A DNA stretch of 64,000 nucleotides from Acidobacteriota bacterium (GTDB taxonomy: Bacteria; Acidobacteriota; Polarisedimenticolia; Polarisedimenticolales; JAIQFR01). Made by a program: the position numbers and the translations under genes. The notes under the pieces are model-generated. The model did not search any database. It worked only from the letters and a program-made list of their open reading frames with translations, and was not told the origin of the DNA. The first letter of the stretch is position 1. The number at the start of each line of letters is the position of its first letter. Where the stretch lies: NCBI GenBank assembly GCA_041494445.1, contig JBGQAU010000002.1, positions 16,793 through 80,792 on the forward strand. The letters are read 5' to 3'. Positions 23,048 through 32,919 of this stretch are shown here, in pieces.

Positions 23048-25351
23048 ATGATTCGTGACAACGACGCTCTCGACTACCACAGCATGGGGCGCCCGGGAAA
23101 GCTCGAGGTGGTTCCCTCGAAGCCCTGCCTGACGCAGAGGGACCTCTCCATGGCGTACACGCCCGGAGTGGCGATCCCCTGCCTCAGGATCCGCGACGAC
23201 CCCAATGACGCCTTCAAGTACACCGGGAAGGGCAACCTCGTCGCGGTGATCAGCAACGGCACGGCGGTGCTGGGCTTGGGCGACATCGGGGCGCTCGCCG
23301 GCAAGCCGGTCATGGAGGGCAAGGGAGTCCTCTTCAAGAGGTTCGCCGACGTGGACGTGTTCGATATCGAGCTGGACACGCACGACGCGGAGGAGATCAT
23401 CAAGTGCGTGAAGCTCCTCGAGCCGACGTTCGGCGGGATCAACCTCGAGGACATCAAGGCGCCCGAGTGCTTCCACATCGAGGAGACGCTCAAGAAGGAG
23501 ATGAACATCCCGGTGTTCCACGACGACCAGCACGGGACCGCCATCATCAGCGGCGCCGCGCTGCTGAACGCCGTCGGGATCGTCGGGAAGGACGTCAAGA
23601 AGATCCGCGTCGCGTTCTCCGGCGCGGGCGCCGCCGGGATCGCGTGCGCCAACATGTACGTCGCGCTCGGGGTGGACCCGAAGAACATCCTGATGGTGGA
23701 CAGCAAGGGCGTGCTCCACGACGGGCGCGAGAAGATGAACCCGTACAAGGAGAAGTACCGCCGCAAGACTTCCTCGAAGACCCTCGCCGACGCGATGAAG
23801 GACGCGGACGTGTTCGTCGGCGTGTCCGTGAAGGGGATGGTCACGCAGGACATGGTCCGCTCGATGGCGAAGGACCCGATTATCTTCGCCATGGCGAACC
23901 CGGATCCGGAGATCACCTACCCCGACGCCAAGGCGGCGCGCTCCGACCTGATCATGGCCACGGGGCGGTCCGACTATCCCAACCAGGTCAACAACGTGCT
24001 CGGCTTCCCCTTCATCTTCCGCGGAGCGCTCGACGTCCGGGCCGCCGCCATCAACGACGAGATGAAGATCGCCGCGGCGCATGCGCTGGCGACCCTCGCC
24101 AAGGAGGACGTCCCGGACGTCGTGATCAAGGCGTACGGCGGCGAGCGATTCTCGTTCGGCCGCGAGTACATCATCCCGAAGCCGTTCGATCCGCGCGTCC
24201 TGACCTGGGAGGCGCCGGCGGTGGCGAAGGCCGCCGTCGAGACCGGGGTGGCCAGAGCGCCGATCCAGGACTGGGACGAGTACGTCGCCGTGCTCGAGCG
24301 GCGAATCCTGGGGAGGGGCCGCGAGGTCATGCGGGTGGTTCGCCAGAAGGCGATTCGCAGCAAGAGCAAGCGGATCGTGTTCCCCGAGGGCGGCGAGGAG
24401 AAGGTCCTGCGGGCGTGCCAGCAGATCGTCGACGACAAGATCGCCGAGCCGGTCCTTCTGGGCGACGCCGAGCAGATCAAGGCGCACGTCAAGCAACTCG
24501 GCCTCGACCTGACCGGCGTCGAGATCGTGGATCATCTCAAGTCCCCCAAGGCGGAGTCGTACGCGAAGCGGCTCTACGAGCTGCGGCAGCGCAGCGGAGT
24601 GACTCCGTTCGCAGCGGCGCGTCTCCTGAAGGACCCGCACTACTTCGGCGTGATGATGGTCGAGAAGCACGACGCGGACGGCCTCGTCTGCGGCCTCAAC
24701 CGCTCGTACCCCGACACGATCCGGCCCGCCCTCCAGATCATGGGACTCAAGGAAGGGGTGACCCGGGTCTCCGGCATGTACTGCATGGTGCTCAAGGACA
24801 GGGTGCTGTTCTTCGCCGACGCGACCGTGAACATCGACCCCAGCGCCGAGGAGCTGGCCGAGATCGCCGTCTTGGCCGCCCTGATCGCGAAGGAGGACTT
24901 CGGCATCGATCCCCGGGTGGCGATGCTCTCGTTCAGCAACTTCGGGTCGGTGAAGCACCCGTTCACGGACAAGATGCGCCGGGCGACGGAGATCGCGAAG
25001 CGGCTCGCGCCGGAGCTGGTCGTGGACGGCGAGATGGCCGCGGACACGGCCCTCGTCCCGGAAATCTGCCAGACCACGTTCCCGCACTCGAAGATCGTGG
25101 GCGATGCCAACGTGCTCATCTTCCCGGGGCTCACCTCGGGGAACGTGGCCTATAAGCTGGTCCAGCACCTGGGTGGGGCCGAAGTGATCGGGCCGATTCT
25201 CATGGGGCTGAAGCGGCCGGTGAACGTCCTGAACCACTACTCGTCGGTGAGCGAGATCGTCAACATCACCGCGATCACCGCCGTCATGGCCCGCAGGGCG
25301 GACCAGCCCGTCGTCTCCGCCCAGACCCGAGCCGAAGCCGTCGTCCGGTGA
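23048..25351 (+). CDS. maeB: NADP-dependent malic enzyme (malic enzyme domain fused to PTA-like domain)
   Basis: [32 protein letters not shown] and FHDDQHGTA motifs, followed by a C-terminal phosphotransacetylase-like half. 767 aa. Confidence 0.9.
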   Translation: MIRDNDALDYHSMGRPGKLEVVPSKPCLTQRDLSMAYTPGVAIPCLRIRDDPNDAFKYTGKGNLVAVISNGTAVLGLGDIGALAGKPVMEGKGVLFKRFADVDVFDIELDTHDAEEIIKCVKLLEPTFGGINLEDIKAPECFHIEETLKKEMNIPVFHDDQHGTAIISGAALLNAVGIVGKDVKKIRVAFSGAGAAGIACANMYVALGVDPKNILMVDSKGVLHDGREKMNPYKEKYRRKTSSKTLADAMKDADVFVGVSVKGMVTQDMVRSMAKDPIIFAMANPDPEITYPDAKAARSDLIMATGRSDYPNQVNNVLGFPFIFRGALDVRAAAINDEMKIAAAHALATLAKEDVPDVVIKAYGGERFSFGREYIIPKPFDPRVLTWEAPAVAKAAVETGVARAPIQDWDEYVAVLERRILGRGREVMRVVRQKAIRSKSKRIVFPEGGEEKVLRACQQIVDDKIAEPVLLGDAEQIKAHVKQLGLDLTGVEIVDHLKSPKAESYAKRLYELRQRSGVTPFAAARLLKDPHYFGVMMVEKHDADGLVCGLNRSYPDTIRPALQIMGLKEGVTRVSGMYCMVLKDRVLFFADATVNIDPSAEELAEIAVLAALIAKEDFGIDPRVAMLSFSNFGSVKHPFTDKMRRATEIAKRLAPELVVDGEMAADTALVPEICQTTFPHSKIVGDANVLIFPGLTSGNVAYKLVQHLGGAEVIGPILMGLKRPVNVLNHYSSVSEIVNITAITAVMARRADQPVVSAQTRAEAVVR

Positions 25352-25376
25352 TCCGCTCCCTCCGAGGACTTCCGGC

Positions 25377-25400
25377 GGCGGGCCGCGATGGCGGCCCGCC
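25377..25400 (+). terminator. candidate terminator hairpin after maeB
   Basis: Perfect 10-bp GC stem GGCGGGCCGC/GCGGCCCGCC with loop GATG, 26 nt after the stop. The downstream T-tract is weak (ACCGTGCCGTTTC). Confidence 0.45.
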
Positions 25401-25630
25401 ACCGTGCCGTTTCACGACCCCCGAGAGATCCGGGTTGCGCCATTTCCCGCAGCGATGCGGTGAATCGAGGGAGGCGCCTCGCGCGACGGACGGCCGGCGC
25501 GCGGGAATCGGACGCCAGGAGGGCGTCCCGGGTTCCCGGGAATCCGAGTACGGTGGCGCGTAGATTGCAAAATCGACGCCTCCCTTCGAGGGGAGGAGGC
25601 GGGGGCTTCCGCCCGAGACGAGACACGAGA

Positions 25631-28390
25631 ATGAGACGGTTTGTCGCCCTGGCCTTTCTGGCGGTCCTCGCCGTGGCGGCATCTGCCGCGCAGGCGGACG
25701 AGCCGTGCCTCGAGTGCCACAGCGCGGGCGCGCTCGGGAAGCCGCGCCTCGACGTCAAGCTCGACGTTCTCAAGGCGTCCGTCCACGGCACGGCGGGGAT
25801 CGGCTGCGCCGACTGTCACCAGTCGCTGGCGGGGGTCACCGACTTCCCGCACGGGAAGGTGGCTCCCGTGGATTGCGGGGGTTGCCACGGCGAGATCGCC
25901 AAGATCTACGACGGGAGCCTCCACGGGCAGGAGGTGAAGAGGGGAGCGAAGCTCGCGCCGCGCTGCCCGACCTGCCACGGGGGCCACGATGTCCTCCCGG
26001 TGAAGGATCCCCGGGCCAAGGTCGCCCGCGCGAGGATCCCGTTCCTCTGCGGCTCCTGTCACAAGGAAGGCACCCCGGTCACCCGGACCTACGACATCCC
26101 GCAGGACAAGATCCTCGAGCAGTACTCGGAGAGCATCCACGGTGAGGGGCTCCTGAAGCGCGGGCTCACCGTGGTCGCCGTGTGCATCGACTGCCACACG
26201 TCCCACAACCTGCTCCCGCACACGGACCCCCGCTCGAGCATCAATCGCAAGAACATCGCCAGGACCTGCGAGCAGTGCCACGGGCTCATCGAGCAGGTCC
26301 ACCAGAAGGTCATCCGCGGCGAGCTCTGGCAGAAGGCGCCCAACGAGGTCCCCGCCTGCGTGGACTGCCACCAGCCGCACCGGATCCGCAGGATCTTCTA
26401 CGACCAGGGGATATCGGACGCGCAGTGCCTGCGGTGCCACGCCGATCCGAAGATCGCCACGACACGGAGCGGGAAGCCCGTCTCGCTGTACGTGAACCCG
26501 GACGAGGTCCACGAGTCGATCCACCGGAACACGCGGTGCGCCCAGTGTCACACGGGCACCGATCCGACGGCCAAGGACCGGCCCTGCTCGGCGATCCGCA
26601 CGAAGGTGGACTGCTCGATCTGTCACGCCGAGATCTCGAAGACCTACGCCACGAGCACCCACGGGAGGCTCGTGGAGAGGGGCGACCCGAACGCGCCCCT
26701 CTGCCGCGACTGCCACGGGATCCACGGCGTCCGGTCCCGCAAGGACCTCCGGTCGAACACGTTCCCGACGAACGTCCCGGCGCTGTGCGGCCAGTGCCAC
26801 CGGGAGGGGAACAAAGCGGCGGTCCGGTACAAGGGGGATCAGCACCGCGTCGTCGAGAACTACACCGAGTCGATCCACGGGAGGGGGCTGCTCGGCAGCG
26901 GCCTCGTCACCACGGCGAAGTGCACGGACTGCCACACGGCGCACCACGTCCTGCCTCACGAGGATCCGACCTCCAGCGTGAACTCCGCGAACCTGCCGGG
27001 CACCTGCGGGAAGTGCCACACCGGGATCTACGAGACGTTCGAGAAGAGCATCCACTCTCCGGCGGTCTCGAAGAGCGACAAGCCGCTTCCCACCTGCTAC
27101 GACTGCCACAGCTCCCACCAGATCGCCCGGCACGACACGGAGGGGTTCAAGCTCGCGATCCTCGCCCAGTGCGGAACGTGCCACCGAGAGGTGACCGAGA
27201 GCTACTTCGAGACGTACCACGGAAAGGCGTCGAAGCTCGGCGGGACCACCACGGCGAAGTGCTACGACTGCCACGGATCGCACGACGTCCTCCCGCCGAC
27301 GGAGACGGCGTCGCACCTCTCGCGCCAGAACATCGTCGCGACCTGCGGCAAGTGCCATCCGGGCTCGCACCGGCGCTTCGCGGGATACCTCACGCACGCC
27401 ACGCATCACGACCGGCGCAAGTACCCCTGGCTCTACTGGTCCTTCTGGTTCATGACGATCCTCCTGGTGAGCACGCTCACGGTCTTCGGGGTGCACACGC
27501 TGCTGTGGCTCCCGCGCTCCTGGCAGCTGATGAAGCACCGGAAGACCCTCGAGGCCGCCCCCCACGGGAAGGAGTACCGCCGCTTTCCCAAGCTCTACCG
27601 CCAGCTCCACATCATGGTCATCGTGAGCTTCCTCGGCCTGGCCGTCACCGGGATGTGCCTGAAGTTCTCCTACCTCCCGTGGGCGCGCTGGATCGCGGGT
27701 CGCCTGGGCGGGTTCGAGTCGGCGGGATTCATTCACCGCGTCTGCGCGATCATCACCTTCGGGTATTTCGGAATCCACGCCTGGGACCTGTTCCGGAAGA
27801 AGCGCGCTTCGGGCCGGGGCTGGTTCCGGTTCATCTTCTCGGGGGACTCGATGGTCCCCAACGCGGGAGACCTCAAGGATCTCGCGGCGACGTTCAGGTG
27901 GTTCGTGGGCCGCGGCCCGCGCCCCGCCTACGGGCGGTGGACGTACTGGGAGAAGTTCGACTACTTCGCGGTGTTCTGGGGCGTGGCGATCATCGGAGCG
28001 ACCGGGCTCATGCTCTGGTTCCCCGAGCTGTTCACCTACATCCTGCCGGGCTGGTTCATCAACGTGGCCACCATCGTCCACTCGGACGAGGCGCTCCTGG
28101 CCACGGGCTTCATCTTCACGATCCACTTCTTCAACACGCACTTCCGGCCCGACCGCTTTCCGATGGACGCGGTGATCTTCACCGGCCGCACGACGGTGGA
28201 GGAGCTCAAGGAGGACCGCCCGCGCGAGTACGAGGCGCTTCTGCGGTCCGGCGAGCTCGAGAAGCATCTCGTGGATCCGCTCCCATCGTACGTCGTGAGG
28301 GGCTTCAGGATCTTCGGGGCGGCGGCGCTTCTGATCGGTATCGGGCTGATCCTCCTCATCGTGTGGGCGGAGGTTTTCGGGTATCGCTGA
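25631..28390 (+). CDS. 19-haem cytochrome c fused to an integral-membrane b-type cytochrome-like domain (candidate quinol:periplasm electron-transfer module)
   Basis: Signal peptide MRRFVALAFLAVLAVAASAAQA. I counted 19 CXXCH motifs. From about 27421 onward there are hydrophobic helices with conserved His (LHIMVIV, IHRVCAI...GIHAW, VHSDEALL...TIHFFNTH), homologous to the separate protein at 29651. Confidence 0.85.
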   Translation: MRRFVALAFLAVLAVAASAAQADEPCLECHSAGALGKPRLDVKLDVLKASVHGTAGIGCADCHQSLAGVTDFPHGKVAPVDCGGCHGEIAKIYDGSLHGQEVKRGAKLAPRCPTCHGGHDVLPVKDPRAKVARARIPFLCGSCHKEGTPVTRTYDIPQDKILEQYSESIHGEGLLKRGLTVVAVCIDCHTSHNLLPHTDPRSSINRKNIARTCEQCHGLIEQVHQKVIRGELWQKAPNEVPACVDCHQPHRIRRIFYDQGISDAQCLRCHADPKIATTRSGKPVSLYVNPDEVHESIHRNTRCAQCHTGTDPTAKDRPCSAIRTKVDCSICHAEISKTYATSTHGRLVERGDPNAPLCRDCHGIHGVRSRKDLRSNTFPTNVPALCGQCHREGNKAAVRYKGDQHRVVENYTESIHGRGLLGSGLVTTAKCTDCHTAHHVLPHEDPTSSVNSANLPGTCGKCHTGIYETFEKSIHSPAVSKSDKPLPTCYDCHSSHQIARHDTEGFKLAILAQCGTCHREVTESYFETYHGKASKLGGTTTAKCYDCHGSHDVLPPTETASHLSRQNIVATCGKCHPGSHRRFAGYLTHATHHDRRKYPWLYWSFWFMTILLVSTLTVFGVHTLLWLPRSWQLMKHRKTLEAAPHGKEYRRFPKLYRQLHIMVIVSFLGLAVTGMCLKFSYLPWARWIAGRLGGFESAGFIHRVCAIITFGYFGIHAWDLFRKKRASGRGWFRFIFSGDSMVPNAGDLKDLAATFRWFVGRGPRPAYGRWTYWEKFDYFAVFWGVAIIGATGLMLWFPELFTYILPGWFINVATIVHSDEALLATGFIFTIHFFNTHFRPDRFPMDAVIFTGRTTVEELKEDRPREYEALLRSGELEKHLVDPLPSYVVRGFRIFGAAALLIGIGLILLIVWAEVFGYR

Positions 28391-28415
28391 CCCGACGAGG
28401 CGGAGAGGGACGATC

Positions 28416-29654
28416 ATGGTGTTTCGGCAGGGGATGAGTTGCGGCTTCCTGCTGGCCGCCTCGGTGGCGGCCCTGGGAGGGGCCGCATGGGCCGCCAAGG
28501 GAGGCGGCGACGCCGCCTGTCTCGAGTGCCATTCGGGCGGCAACCTAGGGAAGCCCGAGCTGGATGTGGACGCGAAGGTGCTCCATGCGTCGCTCCACGG
28601 CGCGGCGGGGCTCTCGTGCACCGACTGCCACGCGGACCTCGTGGCGGCGAGGGAGTTCCCCCACGGCAAGACGGGGCCACCCGCGTGCGGCACTTGTCAC
28701 GACGCCGAGCGGCAGGCGGTGGAGCGGTCGGCGCACCGGCAGAACGACGCGGCGTCCCCTCGGTGCTGGTCCTGCCACGGCGGCCACGACGTGCTCAAGG
28801 CCGGGGACAAGGCCTCGAAGGTCGCGCCGCTGAACCAACCGACCACCTGCCTGCGGTGCCACGCCGATACTAAGCTCGCGGCGGATCACGGCCTGCCGGT
28901 CCGGGAGAGTCCGGAAGCGTTCCAGAGGAGCACCCACTACCAGCAGCTGCTCTCGGGGAACGGCGCGGCGCCGACCTGCACCACGTGCCACGGGGCCCAC
29001 GACAACGTGTCGCATCGGGACGCGAACTCGCCGATCGCCCGCCGGAACGTCGCATCGACGTGCGGCATGTGCCATTCGGGGATCGCCGATCAGTTCCTGG
29101 CGAGCGTTCACGGCGTGAACCTGACGAAGGCGAACGCCGACGTGCCGACCTGCACGGGGTGTCACAGCGAGCACTCGATCCGGGGACCGAAGGATCCCTC
29201 CTCGCCGGTCTACCCGACCCACGTCGCCACGACCTGCTCCCACTGCCACGAGAACGAGAGGCTCGCGAGCCAGTACGGCATCGCCGCGGCGAGGCTCCAG
29301 ACCTTCACCGGGTCCTACCACGGGGCGGCCAGCCGCTTCGGCGACGCCACCGTCGCCAACTGCGCCTCCTGCCACGGGGCCCACGACATCCGGCCGTCCG
29401 GCGACCCGAAGTCGAGCATCAACCCCTCGAACCTCACGCGGACCTGCGGGAAGTGCCACCCGCAGGCGGGCCTGAACTTCGCCTCGGGGAAGATTCACGT
29501 TCGCGATCTCCCGGAGGACAACTACTGGGCTTGGATGGTCAAGCGGGTGTACCTGTCGATGATCTGGTCGGTCATCGGGGGGTTCGTGGCGCTGATCCTC
29601 CTGGACCTCTGGTGGAGGGCGAGGACGCGCTGGTCGGCGAGGGGCAGGGCATGA
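28416..29654 (+). CDS. 11-haem cytochrome c with C-terminal membrane anchor, paralogue of the c-domain of the upstream gene
   Basis: The N-terminus ...CLECHSGGNLGKPELDVDAKVLHASLHGAAGLSCTDCH parallels CLECHSAGALGKPRLDVKLDVLKASVHGTAGIGCADCH. 11 CXXCH motifs. One C-terminal TM helix. Confidence 0.85.
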   Translation: MVFRQGMSCGFLLAASVAALGGAAWAAKGGGDAACLECHSGGNLGKPELDVDAKVLHASLHGAAGLSCTDCHADLVAAREFPHGKTGPPACGTCHDAERQAVERSAHRQNDAASPRCWSCHGGHDVLKAGDKASKVAPLNQPTTCLRCHADTKLAADHGLPVRESPEAFQRSTHYQQLLSGNGAAPTCTTCHGAHDNVSHRDANSPIARRNVASTCGMCHSGIADQFLASVHGVNLTKANADVPTCTGCHSEHSIRGPKDPSSPVYPTHVATTCSHCHENERLASQYGIAAARLQTFTGSYHGAASRFGDATVANCASCHGAHDIRPSGDPKSSINPSNLTRTCGKCHPQAGLNFASGKIHVRDLPEDNYWAWMVKRVYLSMIWSVIGGFVALILLDLWWRARTRWSARGRA

Positions 29655-30544
29655 GCCAGGCGATACAGGACGTGTCGTCGTTCATCGGCGACGACGAGAT
29701 CTTCGTCCGGATGACGCTGGCGCAGCGGCTCCAGCATGCCTTGATCATCGTCACGTTCACGACGCTGGTCCTGACCGGATTCCCGCTGGTCTATCCGAGC
29801 TTGGGGATCTGGAACTGGATCGGGCTCGGCCCCTCCGGCTTCGGCGTCCGCTCGCTCGTGCACCGGATCGCCGGAGGCGGGCTGATCTTCGTCAGCCTCT
29901 GGCACGTCGCCTACGTGATGCTGACCGAGGAGGGAGGGCGTTACTTCCGCGAGATGATGCCGAAGCTGGTCGACGCCCGGCAGCTGATCGAGTCGTTCAT
30001 GAACAAGCTCGGCCTCATGGAGTCGCTGCACCGGCGAGGCCTGCTCAGGGGGCTCCTGGACCGGAACCCCTGGCTCCGCTTCGCCGAGCCGCCCCGGTAC
30101 GGGAAGTACAACTGGGTCGAGAAGTTCGAGTACCTCGCCATCGTGTGGGGCAACTTCGTGATGATCCTGACCGGTCTCTGCCTCTGGTTCTTCGAGGCGG
30201 CGTTCGCGCTTTTCCCGAAGCCGGCCGTCGACATCATCAAGCTGGTCCACGGATTCGAGGCGCTGCTCGCCTTTCTCGCGATCATCATCTGGCACATGTA
30301 CTGCGTCCACCTCAACCCGGAGGTGTTCCCGATGAGCCGCATGTGGCTCAACGGGAGGATCTCCGGTAAGCTTCTCCGTCACCACTACCCGGGTTGGTAC
30401 CGGGAGATCGAGGCCGAACGCCGGGAGAAGGCCCGCGTCGAGGCGGCGCTCCGGTGGTACGACTTGCAGCAGCCGCCCGGGGGGGCGGAGGGCGCGCGGA
30501 ATGTCGCAGGAGACGGGGAAGGGGGCCGCCCGGCGGGACGCTGA
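29651..30544 (+). CDS. integral-membrane b-type cytochrome-like subunit (FdnI/HydC-like, 4 TM)
   Basis: ATGA overlap with the upstream stop. Four hydrophobic helices with His residues (LQHALII, VHRIAGG...LWHVAY, VHGFEALL...IWHMYCVH). Aligns by eye with 27421..28390. Confidence 0.75.
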   Translation: MSQAIQDVSSFIGDDEIFVRMTLAQRLQHALIIVTFTTLVLTGFPLVYPSLGIWNWIGLGPSGFGVRSLVHRIAGGGLIFVSLWHVAYVMLTEEGGRYFREMMPKLVDARQLIESFMNKLGLMESLHRRGLLRGLLDRNPWLRFAEPPRYGKYNWVEKFEYLAIVWGNFVMILTGLCLWFFEAAFALFPKPAVDIIKLVHGFEALLAFLAIIIWHMYCVHLNPEVFPMSRMWLNGRISGKLLRHHYPGWYREIEAERREKARVEAALRWYDLQQPPGGAEGARNVAGDGEGGRPAGR

Positions 30545-31175
30545 GGACCTCGGGCGAGCCGTCGCGATTCTGGTCGCGGTCGGGATCGCCCTGGGCCTGG
30601 GGTTCAACGCGCTGGGAAGGGCGGGGACGCCCCCGCGAGGGCTTCCCTGGATCGCCGAGGTGAAGCCCCTTCTCACCCTCGAAGAGTTGAGGGGAAGGAT
30701 TCCGGGCGCCGCTCCGGCGCCGCCGGCCGCGCGCGCGCCCGTCAGCGACGATCCGCTGGCCCTCTCGGGAGGTGCGGTGGAAAGTGGGGCGGGCGTTCCG
30801 GAGATCCCTGACGTCGACCGGCCGGTCAAGATCCAGCTCCCCGCGGTGAAGAAGTTCTTCGATGCCGGCGCGGCGCTGTTCGTGGACGCCCGCGAGGCGG
30901 CCGACTACGCCGCGGGGCACGTGCGCGGGGCCGTCAACCTGCCGTTCGACGAGTCGGTCACCGATCCCGAGCGGCTCGAGAAGCTCGCCAGCGGCGGGAA
31001 GCCGATCATCGTGTATTGCGGCGGTGGTGGCTGCGAGGTGTCGATCCAGCTCGCCGGAGCGCTGATGCAGGCGGGCCACCGCAAGGTGCTGGTCGACGAG
31101 GGCGGGTTCGGGGAGTGGGAAGCCGCGAAGTACCCGATCGCCAAGGGGGACGAGCCCGGGGAAGCGACGCGCTGA
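30501..31175 (+). CDS. membrane-anchored rhodanese-domain protein
   Basis: N-terminal TM helix, then FVDAREAADYAAGHVRGAVNLP and the active-site loop IIVYCGGGGCEVS. Confidence 0.8.
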   Translation: MSQETGKGAARRDAEDLGRAVAILVAVGIALGLGFNALGRAGTPPRGLPWIAEVKPLLTLEELRGRIPGAAPAPPAARAPVSDDPLALSGGAVESGAGVPEIPDVDRPVKIQLPAVKKFFDAGAALFVDAREAADYAAGHVRGAVNLPFDESVTDPERLEKLASGGKPIIVYCGGGGCEVSIQLAGALMQAGHRKVLVDEGGFGEWEAAKYPIAKGDEPGEATR

Positions 31176-31639
31176 TGGACGCGTTCCGCCGCCTGCTCTC
31201 CGATCGCCGCACGATCCGGGCCGGGCAGCTCGCGATCGGCCTGATCTTCGTGACCGCCTCGCTGAGCAAGATCGGCGACCTCTCCGCGTTCGCGCAGCAG
31301 GTCCACAACTTCCGGGTCGCGCCGGTGTGGAGCGAGAACCTGATCGCGATGACCCTCCCCTGGATCGAGTTGGTCGCCGCGTTGTCCCTGATCCTCGGCG
31401 TGCGCCCGCGGTCCGGAGCCGCGGTCGTCACGGTGCTGATGGCCGGGTTCACCGCCGGCGTCGTCCTGGCGATGGCCCGCGGCCTCGACTTCGAGTGCGG
31501 GTGCTTCGGGACCGCGGATCACACGAGGGTCGGCGCGATCAAGCTCGCGGAGAACCTGCTGATGCTGGGGACCTCGCTCGTGGCCGTCCGATGGCCGGTC
31601 GGGGCTTCGCCTAGCGCGACGGCTGGCCGAGCTTATTGA
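31175..31639 (+). CDS. DoxX/MauE-family membrane protein
   Basis: Four hydrophobic helices, FVTASLSKIGD and a CGCFG motif typical of MauE-like proteins. The start overlaps the rhodanese stop (TGATG). Confidence 0.75.
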   Translation: MDAFRRLLSDRRTIRAGQLAIGLIFVTASLSKIGDLSAFAQQVHNFRVAPVWSENLIAMTLPWIELVAALSLILGVRPRSGAAVVTVLMAGFTAGVVLAMARGLDFECGCFGTADHTRVGAIKLAENLLMLGTSLVAVRWPVGASPSATAGRAY

Positions 31640-31886
31640 CCGCCCGGGTCGCGCGGGACTTCGTCCGCGCCGCGGCGTTGTCGTGGAGGATTCCCAGCTT
31701 CGCCGTGCGGTCGACGAGGGAGAGCGTCTCAGGCAGCAGTTCCCGGGCCGCCTTTTCGTCGCCCGAGGCCACCGCCTTCCGGAACTTCTTCACCTGCGTG
31801 CGCAGGCGCGATGCGTGCTGCCGGTTGAGGACGCGGCGCTTCTCGTCCTGGCGGTGTTTCTTGAGCGCGGATGTGTGGGACGCCAT
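31611..31886 (-). CDS. rpsT: 30S ribosomal protein S20
   Basis: MASHTSALKKHRQDEKRRVLNRQHASRLRT... is a typical S20 sequence. Confidence 0.9.
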   Translation of the reverse strand: MASHTSALKKHRQDEKRRVLNRQHASRLRTQVKKFRKAVASGDEKAARELLPETLSLVDRTAKLGILHDNAAARTKSRATRAVNKLGQPSR

Positions 31887-32033
31887 ACGGGGTCTCTCGC
31901 TCCTTCCCGTCGCGCCGGGACCGGGGGCTTGCTGCCGGCCCCCGAGGAGCCGGTGGGGCCCCCGTTCCGCTTCCACGCGACGTAAGCGCGAATTCTAGAG
32001 AACCGGGGCCGGATCGTCAAGGGACGGCCGGGC

Positions 32034-32873
32034 TTACCTCCTGGAGGCGCCCAGGCTCGACAGCTTGTCCCGCGCGATCCGGGCCTCGTCGCTCGACGGA
32101 TACGTCGTGGCGACATAGCGGAGCTGGACGATCGCCTGAGCGATCTGGTTCTGCTCGAGGAAGGCCAGTCCTTTCTTCAGGTTGGCCGCGGCGGCCCGGT
32201 CGCTCTGCGGGTACTTGTCGAGCACCCGGTCGAACGCCTCGACCGCCTCGGCGAACTTCCCCTGGCTGAAGAGGCATTCGGCGACCCAGTAGAGCGCATT
32301 GTCGGCGAGATCGCTGTCCGGGTATCGGGTCGCGTACTCCTGGAACCCGGAGACCGCCAGGACGAAGTTCCCCTTGGAAAAGTCGGCGTAGGCCGTGTTG
32401 TAGAGCGACTGCGGGTCGGGGACCGCTTCGGCGGAAGCCGTCCCCGGGGCGGGCGGCGCCACGGCGACCTCGGGAGCGGCCCCGGCGGGCGACCCCGGAG
32501 ACGCGGCGGCGGCGCGGCGCGCCAGCTCGCGGTTGGCCTGGACGTCCGACGACAGACGGTCCACCCGCCGGTTCGTCTCCTTGACTCGCTCGTCCAGCGC
32601 GGCTTGCTGGCGCGTGACCTCGTCGAGCCGGACCCTGAGGTCCGCGAATTCGGAGCGCTTCACGGGATCCTGGCCGGTCATTCTGCTCTCGACTCCGGCG
32701 AGGTGCTCCCGCGCGTCGGCCTGCTCCTTCCCGATCTTCAGGATGTCCTGCCGCACGTCGGCCATGTCCTTCTCGAGCCGGGCCACCTGGTCCGGCAACA
32801 CGCAGGCCGACGCCGCGAGCGCCGCGGCGATCGCGGGGGCGAGGCGCAGCATGTGTCGGGCCGCTCCGCGCAT
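32034..32873 (-). CDS. cpoB: Tol-Pal system protein CpoB/YbgF (coiled coil plus TPR)
   Basis: Signal/lipobox region, coiled-coil N-terminal half, and TPR-like C-terminal half (YNTAYADFSKGNF..., ALYWVAECLFSQGKF...). Last gene of the tol-pal cluster. Confidence 0.8.
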   Translation of the reverse strand: MRGAARHMLRLAPAIAAALAASACVLPDQVARLEKDMADVRQDILKIGKEQADAREHLAGVESRMTGQDPVKRSEFADLRVRLDEVTRQQAALDERVKETNRRVDRLSSDVQANRELARRAAAASPGSPAGAAPEVAVAPPAPGTASAEAVPDPQSLYNTAYADFSKGNFVLAVSGFQEYATRYPDSDLADNALYWVAECLFSQGKFAEAVEAFDRVLDKYPQSDRAAAANLKKGLAFLEQNQIAQAIVQLRYVATTYPSSDEARIARDKLSSLGASRR

Positions 32874-32919
32874 GGTGTGCTCCTCGATGGCCGGTCGGCG
32901 GAGATTTGCCTTCGCGGCG

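Noticed and set aside
22793-25402. 869-aa minus-strand ORF and the overlapping 23404..25155 plus-strand alternative frame
   Set aside because: They lie opposite to, or out of frame with, maeB, whose frame carries unmistakable malic-enzyme motifs.
25412-28693. 1093-aa ORF on the minus strand
   Set aside because: It lies antisense to two well-supported multihaem cytochrome genes. The translation is Arg/Pro/Gly/Ala-rich low complexity with no motifs, the typical shadow ORF of a GC-rich genome.
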